A stretch of 39,758 nt of DNA from Octopus bimaculoides (lineage: Eukaryota): assembly GCF_001194135.2 (NCBI RefSeq), contig NC_068981.1, positions 17,839,840 to 17,879,597 on the forward strand, in the 5' to 3' direction. This document shows, piece by piece, positions 12,184-23,032 of the stretch (the first letter of the stretch is position 1; every line of letters begins with the position of its first letter). A program made the translations under genes and the position numbers. The notes beneath the pieces are model-generated. The model had not been told where the DNA came from. It saw only the letters and a program-made list of their open reading frames with translations, and searched no databases.

Positions 12184-13035
12184 ATATATACATATATATT
12201 AGTAAAAATAATAAGGTACTCAGATATCTGGATGGTTGTACATTAACAGATTTTTATTAATATGTCACATGTTTTTATAAATTAGCGCTTGCATCTATTC
12301 TCAACTGGTACCTATTTTATCTACCCCAGTGTCTAACTGGTACCCATTTTATCAATTCTAAAAGGATGAAAGGCAAAGTTGACCTTAGCAGAATTTGAAC
12401 TCAGAACGTAAAGACAGATGAAATTCCACTAAGCATTTTGTCACAGCTCACTGCCTTACTTCTCTTTTATTATTAATTAATAATGGGGATTTCTTTGCTT
12501 CTACTAACCGCTCAACCATGAAGTAGAAGTGGAACCTGTTTTTTGTGCAGTCAGGCAAACTAGAGATTAAAAATAAGGTAGGGTCTCACATGCATATATA
12601 TAATAGGTTGAAAAACTTTAACTCTTTAGGTACCAGCCTGCTCAAGACTGCCCTTGGTCTGATAAAGTTCATGTTAATTTATTCTAAACAGAGCTTAATA
12701 AGGACAAAATTATTTCATTATGTTTGTGGTAGAAGGAAAACTGGAAGTGGGGAGAGATGACATCATGTCAGCGAGTGTGAAGAAAAGTTTCCCTCTTTTT
12801 CATGCTATTGGCAACAGAGGCTAGACGTGGCAAAGACAGGTCATGACAACACATTAACAATTGAACAATCTGCCTGACATACCTGATTGCATGTTGAAGT
12901 AAGAACGACTTGATTTACGTGCCTTCAAACCACAAGCTATTTCAGCATGTTGTCACCAGCTGTGAGGATACGCCCAAGAAGTGGATTTTAAAAATATTTT
13001 TCTGTTGCTCTTGTTCTTCCTTGTTTATTTTTGCA

Positions 13036-13527
13036 ATGGCTACAAAATTCAGAATTGGTTGTAATGGGGTGAGACCATTCACTGGGGAAGGCAATGTGGT
13101 GATCTGAATAAAGAAGGTGAGATTCGTGGCGAAGCTGCAGGGAATAGATGTGGCTAGCTTTATACTATTGTACTTAGAAGGCAGTGCACTGATTCTCTAC
13201 CTGGAGATGGATGAAGTGGACCAAGAGAAAGCAGAAAAATTGAAGAGTGGCTGAAGGACACGTACACAGAGGGGGACTTTTAAAGCCTACAGCAGGCTTG
13301 GGAGAGTGAGATGGACTGACAAGCAGATAGACAATTATGTGAGCAAGATTAGGAGGTTGGTGGGCATAGCAGGGTTTACTGGAGCAGTGATGGAGTGGAT
13401 GGTGGAGCTGGCTTTTGTAACTGGCTTCCCCAATTGTATTTCTGTACATCTGCAGCAGATGCCGGACATTGAAAGGATGTTGGTAGAAGAGATGATTGAC
13501 AAATCATGGGAGAGATGATTGACAAAG
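13036..13527 (+). mobile_element. Degenerate Gypsy/Ty3 LTR-retrotransposon gag relic
   Basis: Reads MATKFRIGCNGVRPFTGEGNVVI*IKKVRFVAKLQGIDVASFILLYLEGSALILYLEMDE..., then after a frameshift ...RWTDKQIDNYVSKIRRLVGIAGF...LAFVTGFPNCISVHLQQMPDIE. This resembles invertebrate Gypsy gag (PF.GEGDV..W..K...VA.LQ; PLYLEG.AL; LAFV.GFP). It has stops and a frameshift, and no pol follows. Confidence 0.75.
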
Positions 13528-14466
13528 TACCCTTTGTCCTCTGTAATGTAGCTGACATTAGAAAAGGTATCTAGCCATAGAAATCATGCCAAAGCAGACA
13601 CTGGAGCTTGATTATATTGGGTGAAAAATTAGCAAACCTCATTTGAATATCAGAGAAATATACCTAGTAGATATAGCAAAAAGGTTAGATATGTGTAAAT
13701 ATTGACAGATAATTACGAAATTTGTAATTTTTAAGTGATCTCATATGAGATCACTGGTAGGTAATGGGTTAATAAAAATAAAATTTAAATATATGGCTGA
13801 TTAAGCTAATGGTTAAACAAGCAGTTGAGGAACAATTCATTTTATTAAATCTTAGCTTTCACTCCATACGAAGAACATATTTGGGGACAGTGTATTTTAT
13901 TTTATTTCTACTGGTTTTAGTCATTAATCAGTGACCATACTGGAGTACCACCTTCATGTCCAAAACATTACTCAAATTCTTATTTCAATGCATCATCCAT
14001 CATCATCATCATCATCGTCGTCGTTGTCGTCATCATCATTAGCATTTAACATCTGTTTTCCATGCTGGCATGGGTTGGACAGTTTCACTGAAAACTGGCA
14101 AGCTGGGGAGCTGTACCAGTTTTCAATTTGATTTCGCATGGTTTCTACAGCTGAATGTCCTTCCTAATGCCAACCACTCCAAGAGTGTAGAGGGTGCTTT
14201 TACAAGCCACCGACACAAGTGCCAGTTACATAACACCAGCATCGGCCACAACTATGATCTCACTTGGCTTGATAGGTTTTCTCAAGCTCAGTATTTAATC
14301 AACCCCTACTTCTCAAACTGCTTGCTTATGGGGGCGAAAAGGTACACAATACTAAGCAATATGGGATTTTTAACTCTAGCAAACATAAGTGTAATCACAC
14401 GAAGATACTTCAATGAAATCCTCTTAATATAAAGTATAGAAAATTTTGAAAAACAAACTGCACATA

Positions 14467-14845
14467 GGCACCGGTGTGGTAGTGTGGTAAGCAGTTTGCT
14501 TCCCAACCACATGAATCCTAGTTCAGTCCCACTGCATGGTACCTTGGGCAAGTGTCTTCTGCTATAACCTTGGGCAGACTAAAGTGGATTTGGTAGACAG
14601 AAATTGAAAGATACCCATTGTATATATATTTGTGTGTGTGTGTGTTTGTCCCCTACCACTGCTTAACTGATGTTGGTGTGTATATGGACCCGTAACTTAG
14701 TGATTCAACAAAAGAAGCTGATAGAATAAGCGCCAGGCTTAAAAAAACAAGTACTGGGGTCGATGCATTCGGCTAAAATTCTTCAAAGCAGTGCCCCAAT
14801 GTGGCTGCAGTTTAAATGACTGAAACAAATAAAAGATAAAAGATA
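14467..14845 (+). mobile_element. Older SINE family A copy
   Basis: Same head, body and tail as 8835-9237 with more substitutions. Confidence 0.8.
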
Positions 14846-15424
14846 AAAAAAAATCTGTCATATTGACCTCATCAATGACCACAACCTCATAAGTCTGGAA
14901 GGGTCTGTAAAGGTCATTGCTGTTATCCTGCACACCCAAACTAAACAATAATATTTATTATTTTACAAATGTTATTAAAATAGAATATCATTGAAAGCGG
15001 ATGAACAACCAACCACTTGTAGAAATAATTAATTTGTTTTATTCAAAACAATGTAGGGTAGGATATTATGACTGTTGATCTGGTGATGTTTCAGCTTTCT
15101 AATTCTGTCTATTGTCTTCAATGAGTGAATGACAAATGTGCACAATATTTCTTTCACATGAACTCATGTCATGAATTTTCGACAAAATGTCAAAGGTAAA
15201 CTGGTTGAACATGTATATTTAAGAGTATAGCACCAATTGATTATGAGAAATAAAGAAAATATTTGAAGGAAATCTTCTATAAATGGTCTGTAAGTTCACT
15301 GAATATTTATCAAAGTGAAATGCAATCAGAAATATATCAGTTCAAGAGAATATATATCCAGTATATTTTAGATAAATGGATTAAAAAGAAGTAAGGTTAG
15401 TTACAGTCAATATTCATGTCTTCT

Positions 15425-15790
15425 CCAGGGAGGATGAGAAAATATTTCAGCTCTGATCAGTTGCTGCTCCTCTCACCACTGCTCAAGCCTGACCCATTTT
15501 AGAGTACTGTTCATATATCTGGAACAGTGTTGTTGCTACATATACAAATACCTTAGGGCACTTTTAAAAGAAGGCTGAGTGTGTTATTGATACAGACTCA
15601 CTCACCAACACATCATAACCACTATGCTTGCAAAATGTGCTGTTTCCTCTCTCTAACCACTTTTATTACTACTGCCTCAACAGCATCTGCTCTTTTGAAT
15701 TAGTAAACTACATAACTTTATCCATTGCTCCTATCAGATGTGCCTGCCTTTCCTCTATTTGTCATCCTTGCTGTACTCCTTGCACCATAG
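15425..15790 (+). mobile_element. Degenerate CR1/L2/Jockey-group LINE fragment (RT C-terminal region)
   Basis: From 15493: PILEYCSYIWNSVVATYTNTLGHF*KKAECVIDTDSLT, and later HFYYYCLNSICSFEL...HPCC. These resemble the RP.LEYCS.IW...R.Q.RA and LFYRYY.G.CS.EL...HP motifs. Confidence 0.6.
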
Positions 15791-16232
15791 ATGCAGCAGT
15801 AAATATTGGGTTGTCAGATCAATTTGTTTGTTTATATTTTTCCATTTGAATTAATATGAAAAATATTTATATCATAATGTTTTTAGTGTTCTTTTGTTTT
15901 GTTTTGTAGCTCTGTTCTTCCTCTACAACTTTTGTTTCTCTTTTTGAAATCTGAATAGATTTTTTCCCTCTTTTCAGACATGATAATGGAGTGCCCTATA
16001 GAAAAAAGAAAAAACCCCAAATTTATCTGATACTATATATACTGCTTCATTCAAGCATTCTTTCCCAATGCTGCAAGCTTCAAATATTTCTTGTATTGAT
16101 ACCCCATCCATATAAATCAATATGCTGCTGTTCAAATTAAAACAACCAGACGAGTAGGGAGAAAGTGGGTAGTTGAAAATTTCTTGGGTACTGCCCCTTC
16201 TCTTTCAGCTTAGAAAAGACTGGAACATTTAA

Positions 16233-16288
16233 CTACTACTAATACTACTACTACTACCACCACCACCACCACCACCACCACCACCACC

Positions 16289-16385
<97 letters not shown>

Positions 16386-16402
16386 TTACTACTACTACTA
16401 CT
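16233..16402. repeat. Long compound (CTA)n(CCA)n(CTA)n microsatellite
   Basis: About 170 bp of near-pure trinucleotide repeats, directly visible. Confidence 0.95.
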
Positions 16403-17066
16403 GATGTTGTATCAGAGTGTTTCTTTCAACCCTATGGTTTATCATTCACAATGATTTAGACACCATACAAAAATTTTGTCAATTTGAAGTCATATTTCCA
16501 ATAATAATTTAAACAATGTCTTCGTTAAAGTCTCATTAAAATTGTTTTTTTGTTTTTATTTACAAACAAATTTGAAATATATAAACAAGTAAAAAGTCAG
16601 ACTTTGGTTCCATGAGAGCAAAGTAGCAGCCTTTGGTATATATTACTTGCTTTACTTTTGACATGAACAAAAGATGAGAAACAGAGCTGAAGGCTTTCGT
16701 TACGTTTTTTTCTCTTAAAATATGATTGAAGATACATTTTTCTTCTTGTGCTGAGTTCAAATCAGGCCAAGGTCAGTTGTCACTTTCATCCTTCTGGGTC
16801 GTTGTTGTCATCATTGTCATCATTGCTGCCTCCACTATCGTCATCACCATCATCATCATCATTGTTTAAACGTCCATTTTCCATGCTGGCATGGATTGGA
16901 TGGTTCGACAATGACAAGCTGGAAGGCTGCACCAGGCTACAGTCTTCATTTTAGGCATGGTTTCTAAGGCTGGATGCCTTAGAAACAAAGATAAGCAAAG
17001 AGAGGGCTGACACAGAAAGTTCTCAGAAAAATATGAATAGGAGTGGCTGTGTGGTAAGTAGTTTAC

Positions 17067-17472
17067 NNNNNNNNNNNNNNNNNNNNNNNNNNNNNNNNNN
17101 NNNNNNNNNNNNNNNNNNNNNNNNNNNNNNNNNNNNNNNNNNNNNNNNNNNNNNNNNNNNNNNNNNNNNNNNNNNNNNNNNNNNNNNNNNNNNNNNNNNN
17201 NNNNNNNNNNNNNNNNNNNNNNNNNNNNNNNNNNNNNNNNNNNNNNNNNNNNNNNNNNNNNNNNNNNNNNNNNNNNNNNNNNNNNNNNNNNNNNNNNNNN
17301 NNNNNNNNNNNNNNNNNNNNNNNNNNNNNNNNNNNNNNNNNNNNNNNNNNNNNNNNNNNNNNNNNNNNNNNNNNNNNNNNNNNNNNNNNNNNNNNNNNNN
17401 NNNNNNNNNNNNNNNNNNNNNNNNNNNNNNNNNNNNNNNNNNNNNNNNNNNNNNNNNNNNNNNNNNNNNNNN
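17067..17472. other. Assembly gap (406 N)
   Basis: N run starting inside a family A SINE head. Confidence 0.95.
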
Positions 17473-17785
17473 ATGTAACAATGTTCCTGAGAACTGAGTT
17501 CTCAATATGGGTTCAGTTCTCACCTGGAACACTCTACCTACATTACAAGATACAGGTATGGTTATATGGTTAAGAACTTCGTTATGGAAGCTCAAGTTTC
17601 TGAATTTGATTCCATTGCATCTCATCTCTGGCATGTGGGTTTTTTTTTTTTTTAAATTGATTTAAACCTTACAAGGGAAATTAAAGAGAAAGCCCTGGAA
17701 AGAACAAGATTTAACAAATGTATTAATTTAATGTGTAAAAAAAAAAGAGGAATGAATTCTGACATTTCAGATACTTGTCTTTCAC

Positions 17786-17819
<34 letters not shown>

Positions 17820-19000
17820 TAACACGCACACTCGCACGCGCGTACGCAGGCAAACGCACGCACACGCGCACACACAAACATGTGCTTGAGGATGGATGTA
17901 TGTACAGCGGCATTATTGTATCTGATTTATGAGTAATACTGAATGGAGCATTGTTGGGAGATGAAGCATTTTCTGGTCTTGAAGGGAAGGGTCGGTCAGA
18001 AAAATAAAGGCAAGCTATATCTATAAATTTAATTCCAGAAGAATCCACTTCAGCTGATAGGATTTAATATCTGAAGTTCATTAAGATGGGAAGCTGGCAG
18101 AATGTTTCCCCTCTTTACGTTCAGAGTTCATATTCTGCTGAAGTCTACTTTGCCTTTCATCCCATCAAAGTCAATAAGATAATTAGGGGGTGGGGAATTT
18201 CACAATGCCAATTTTTGGCAATTTTCCGGAACCTCCGTATCCTAAAACGGGGATTTTTTGTAAAAAAAATTACAAAAATAAACAAATTTGGGACAAAATG
18301 GGTGGGGGTACGGGCGGAAGTCTTTCCATTACCAGTTGAGCACTGGATCGATGTAATCGACTTATCCCCTCCTCGAACTTTCTGGCCTTTTGCCGGATTA
18401 AAAAATATTATTTTCTCTCACTTATATATAAGTAAAGTCTGAGGTTCAAGGAAGCTGATGAATACCTGTTTCAACAATAAAAATTCTTAGATTAATAATT
18501 TTATTTTCTCTTAGGCGTGGACTTTTGCGAACTCCCCTTATAATTATGAGATAAATTTTATTATAATACGAGCCCAAGCCAGAGTAAATTTTTTCTCAGT
18601 CTTGAAGTTAGTGGGATTGTCCAAGGAGAATGGAAAGAGGCCCAATGGATTTACCCTCGGCCTTTGGGTTAGAAGTATGTGATGCCCTTATTAATGATGC
18701 TTTTTCTCTATCACAAAAACTAAATGTCGGGGAAGAGATGGGATTGGTTACGTTAGTGTTGTAACTGAATGAGATCCTGAAAATATTGTAATTTGTAGGT
18801 GAATTATCTATTTTAACCTGCAGCATTCGAGACGTTTGGAGAAGCCGAGCCGCTAACGACGCCGGAGTTCTATCTTACTGAAGTATGAAGTGTTTGTTAT
18901 TAGAATGATTCGCTCTTCCGACACCATATCCCAGTGATAACCCACGGCAAGACCGCGATTTATATGGGGACTTCGTAAAACTTAATTTAGAAAAAAATTC

Positions 19001-19166
19001 GGTAAATTTTCAGATTAACACCCGCACGATTTTCACTAGGGTGTTAGGGTGGGAATTCCGTCCCTAACCCTAACCCTAAAACACTAACCATAACCCTAAA
19101 ACCCTAACCGTAACCCTAACCCTAATACCCTAGTGAAAATCGTGCGGGTGTTAATCTGAAAATTTA
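19001..19166. mobile_element. MITE-like TIR element enclosing telomeric-type TTAGGG/CCCTAA repeats, copy 1
   Basis: Perfect 39-bp inverted repeats at 19003-19041 and 19128-19166. The interior is TGTTAGGGTGGGAATTCCGTCC followed by ~8 CCCTAA-like units. Confidence 0.8.
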
Positions 19167-19647
19167 GAGAAAAATTCCAGTATTCTCTGTATAAAATGTG
19201 TAACCGAGTGAGTGTGTGTGCATTTTCGACACTTATATTGTTATTGTATTCTTAATGAATAAACATCACCGATCATGTACTGACATTATTTAATTATTGT
19301 AATCTAAATGAAGTTCATGACATCACTTATTTTATCTTGAACAAACTAAAGATTATTTCGATCCATTCCACCAGTTATACTTCAATTATTATTATTATTA
19401 TTTATTTTCCCAAACACTACAATTTTGACAGATATCTATTTGCTGCGGATCTATATTTTCTTCTGTTGTCAAAATCAGATTTCAGTCGGTAAAAGAAAAT
19501 AGTTTTATTTGGAATAATTCCTTCATTAACTCTTTGTTTTAACTTTTTCAATATGTTATGTACAACTCTGCATATTAATACACAATCGCTTTTTTTTAAA
19601 GATTATGCTGTATGTGTTTAAATGACGAGAATTTAAGTCCGCAGTAA

Positions 19648-19661
19648 ATTGCGCGGGTAAT
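19648..19661. promoter_or_regulatory. Candidate E2F-like site upstream of POLA2
   Basis: ATTGCGCGGGTAAT is near-palindromic and resembles overlapping TTTSSCGC sites, ~75 bp before the ATG. Motif match only. Confidence 0.3.
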
Positions 19662-19733
19662 TTGTTCTTTGGATCCATCTGTGTGTAGAAGCATTTAGAT
19701 AAAGGAATCTTTTAGATCTGTGCTTAAGACAGG

Positions 19734-19806
19734 ATGGGAACTCTATCAGAAGAACTGAAATCTAAATTTCAGCTGGAAGATGACGAAAATGATGTTTTGG
19801 ATAAAC
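19734..19806 (+). CDS. POLA2: DNA polymerase alpha subunit B, coding exon 1
   Basis: CAGGATGG start context; MGTLSEELKSKFQLEDDENDVLDK+C; donor |GTAAGT, phase 1; joins exon 2 in frame. Confidence 0.85.
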
Positions 19807-22174
19807 GTAAGTGAAAATTGCTATATCACAGTTATTGTTTTATTGACTAGTTGCGTGTTATACAGGCAAATAATTCTACACTAATTAGTACTATTAATGT
19901 ATATTTCTCTATAATATCTGTCCTCGTACTTATACAAAACAAATCAGTATTATTTGCGTAAAATAAGTGCAAGTCTTCGATGAAAGTTGGGTCGACGAGT
20001 CGGTTTCAATCTTCGATTGAAACTGATTCACCGACAGGATTGTAACTGGAAAAACATTGACAACTTCCATTTCCATATATAACTGTAGATTTGTGATTGT
20101 CTCGCTTACAGAAATCTGTGTAGTGTAGTGGTAAAAATCTTTCGATTTCAATTCCTAATTACTTACCGACCATGAAATTCTAGAATATCGCCGTTGTAGC
20201 TATTTTAACACTTCGAAACCTCTACCTAGACGACATTCCCATGTCTCTATTAAACATGTAACATCCCAAATCTCAACAGTAAAAGATCATCTGGATATGC
20301 AAATGGCGCAGTCTGTTGCTGCAGCACAGTTCAAATACGCTTTCTCTTTTACACATACACATTTTCCCACTTCACTCCCAAAACCAACCTAACAAACACA
20401 GTAGCAACACTCCCAGAACACGACTGCAACACTCCCTTTCGTTCAGATCAGACACATCAGCAACACACTAGAACAGTAACACAAGACTATCTCCCCACCT
20501 CATTCAATTCAAATATATCTACAACACCACAAAACACTACCGCAATGTCATCTTAAAAACATAACCTTCTTTCTCAGGCCAGAGACCTCTGGGTCTGAGT
20601 GTGAAGGATAATATTCTTGAGCCCGTGCAAAATTCATAATAAACCCAAAGTTAGATGTAAAATCATTGTCCTCCCACTCTTTTATGTTCGCAGGGTTGAC
20701 TGGATCTTCTCTTGTGCTGAATTTCGCTGTTGCAATTCTTTGCCATCTCTTCTGAGGAATTCAGCCTCTTGAAATCATCTTTTATCACTTCTTCACTTGT
20801 CTTTCTTGTTGGTCCCATTTCAGCTGGATAAAGGCCCAGGCTAGCTTTGGAATGTAGATGACTCCTATTTGAAATTATTTGTTAAGGCGAGAATGATATA
20901 TTTGGATATGTAATGTTAACCTGGATGAGTGGTTGAACATGAACAACATTAGCTGATATATGCAAGAGAGACAACTGAACTGATAAGGACACATGGTGTG
21001 GAATGGTTGAAGTGTGCTTTGTAAAAAGGTGTTATGTTCAGGCAGTGGATGGTAGTGTTGACAGAGAAAACTCATAGAAAACCCAAGAAGAAATTGTAAG
21101 GTTGGATCTCAGGCTTTGGGGCCCCTATAAATGAAATGATATAAGATCAAGATAGATCCTGTATCAATGAAGCAGAGCAGACCAATCCAAACCAGTTCAA
21201 CCTGGAAAATGAACATTAAGCATCGTTTTGTTGTGTATAATCATTTAAGTGTACATTAGCTCCATCCTTGTTCGCCATTCATTGTTTCCCTGTCTCTAAT
21301 TATCTGACACTCTTCTCTCATGCTCTTGCCAACTTACTCACCACCTTCCTGATCTTCAGTCCCTATTTTCTTTTCTACTCACTGTCTTGTACCTTGCACC
21401 TTGATAGTAAGTACACACACTTTGTCACTGTCATCTTTATTTCTCTTTCCAGTTACTTCACCCACCCTTATATAATGTAGGGTAGCCATGTATTTCCTCT
21501 ACAGCAAGACACATGTTCCTATCCCTCCAATGTACTTCTCAACACATGACTTAAAAACCACTTCCCTCTCTGCCTAGTCATACTATCTTCATCATCATCA
21601 TCATCCAGTGTTTTAAATCCAAGTTTTGTCTCTGTTAACGGGGATGGCCAGATCTATCTCAATAGCATAGCAACCAAGGTAGGCAGGTGCAGCCCACCCC
21701 AACCTTTGGGCTGGCTGGTGCCCATTCTCCTTTGCCGTCATGAGGCTTTTTTGGAGCTGGATCTTCTACGAGGAGCATGCCCTTGCTTACCTCCAACCTC
21801 AGTTTCTAGACATGAGTGGTCTCAAGACCAAGGCCTCTACTGCAATTTTTAAGAAATGTGGTTGGAAACTAGCTCAGGAAGGCAGGGACGCTACTGCCTG
21901 AAGCTCCTTTCGGAGCCTCCTGACCCTCCTTGTATTATAAATTTCTTTTGTGTGGATTCTGCGTACACTAATGGATTTCTACAAGTATATCCAGTAAAAG
22001 GAGTATTCCTTCTGTATGATAGCACATGGTAGCCGATAACCATTGAGGGGCTTTGAAATGCATGGTAAAAATATATGCCAGAATGAAAGAATGATATTAA
22101 ATTATTAAGATGATGATAATAATTAACCATTGCATGAGATCATCTAAATCTATGAGTTATGTTTTTATTTTCAG

Positions 22175-22308
22175 TTTATGAACTTCTTCACAGTTACAAA
22201 CTGGAAGTCAGTGACTTACACGATCACTGGATCGCTTTCCTCATGACTAAAAAAATGGATTTAGTTACAAAACCTTCACTGAGGTTGGCTTCAATAATGC
22301 AGAGAGAT
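22175..22308 (+). CDS. POLA2: POLA2 coding exon 2
   Basis: Acceptor TTTTATTTTCAG|; (L)YELLHSYKLEVSDLHDHWIAFLMTKKMDLVTKPSLRLASIMQRD, with the W.AF motif of the Pol alpha B N-terminal domain; donor |GTAAGT, phase 0. Confidence 0.88.
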
Positions 22309-22391
22309 GTAAGTGACCCTTTGGTATTGTTTAAAGAAAATTTATTTAAAAATTCTCTCTCTTATCATATATAATGATACTAGGTCTTATA

Positions 22392-22620
22392 TTTGGTTGT
22401 CCGGAAAGTTTGTGTCGATTTTTAAAGGAAAGAAAAAAGGTTAATAAATACTTTCCATTACATTTTTAATCAACCAAATATGAACCATTTTGTTGCACAA
22501 TGCGACTCCATCTTTCCTTTAACTTGAAAATACCCTCTTCCCAGAAGCGAGGTGGTTTCATGGCAAATAAGTCGAAAGGTAAGCTACTATAAATCGGCAC
22601 AAACTTTCCGGACAACCCAA
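22392..22620 (-). mobile_element. Mariner-derived MITE (229 bp)
   Basis: TIRs TTTGGTTGTCCGGAAAGTTTGTGTCGATTT / AAATCGGCACAAACTTTCCGGACAACCCAA with TA on both sides. The minus strand retains a mariner transposase C-terminus: FDLFAMKPPRFWEEGIFKLKERWSRIVQQNGSYLVD*. Confidence 0.9.
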
Positions 22621-22706
22621 TATCTAATAGTTCTCTGTATTATTATGCCTGATAATTTAATTTCTTGTCAATTCTATTTCTTATCATATCTTTATTCTCT
22701 CTGTCT

Positions 22707-22750
<44 letters not shown>

Positions 22751-22934
22751 TTATTTTATGCACACAGACATTCATGCACACACAAACGCATGTACATATG
22801 TAATAGAATTACTTTAGATATTCTATCATTGCTAAGTAATTAGTAACTTTTGGTTGTTAAACTTCTCCAGCAGTTCTAACAATTGATAATCACAGCTTTA
22901 AATTGAAACTAAACTGTTATTCTTATATCTACAG

Positions 22935-22959
22935 GTTCTTGCTAAGAAAGCCATTGCTG

Positions 22960-22990
<31 letters not shown>

Positions 22991-23032
22991 CAGCATAACT
23001 GAAATAGAATCAATAGAAGATCCGTCAGGATT
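22935..23032 (+). CDS. POLA2: POLA2 coding exon 3
   Basis: Acceptor TCTACAG|; VLAKKAIAATTTTNNNNNNSITEIESIEDPSG+TT; ends at the U12-type donor |GTATCCTTT, phase 2. Confidence 0.8.

Noticed and set aside
12551-12577. Possible 27-nt plus-strand micro-exon (SGKLEIKNK) with AG/GT borders
   Set aside because: No partner exons or homology; such borders occur by chance in 18 kb.
17023-17634. ORFs of 203 and 154 aa
   Set aside because: Mostly X residues from the 406-N gap.
18062-18074. TTTAATATCTGA match to U2 snRNA
   Set aside because: Only ~12 nt; no branch-pairing region, Sm site or flanking similarity.
19060-19130. CCCTAA array as a telomerase RNA template or true telomere/fusion site
   Set aside because: It is enclosed by TIRs, present twice in the window with the same core, and shows no pseudoknot or H/ACA features.
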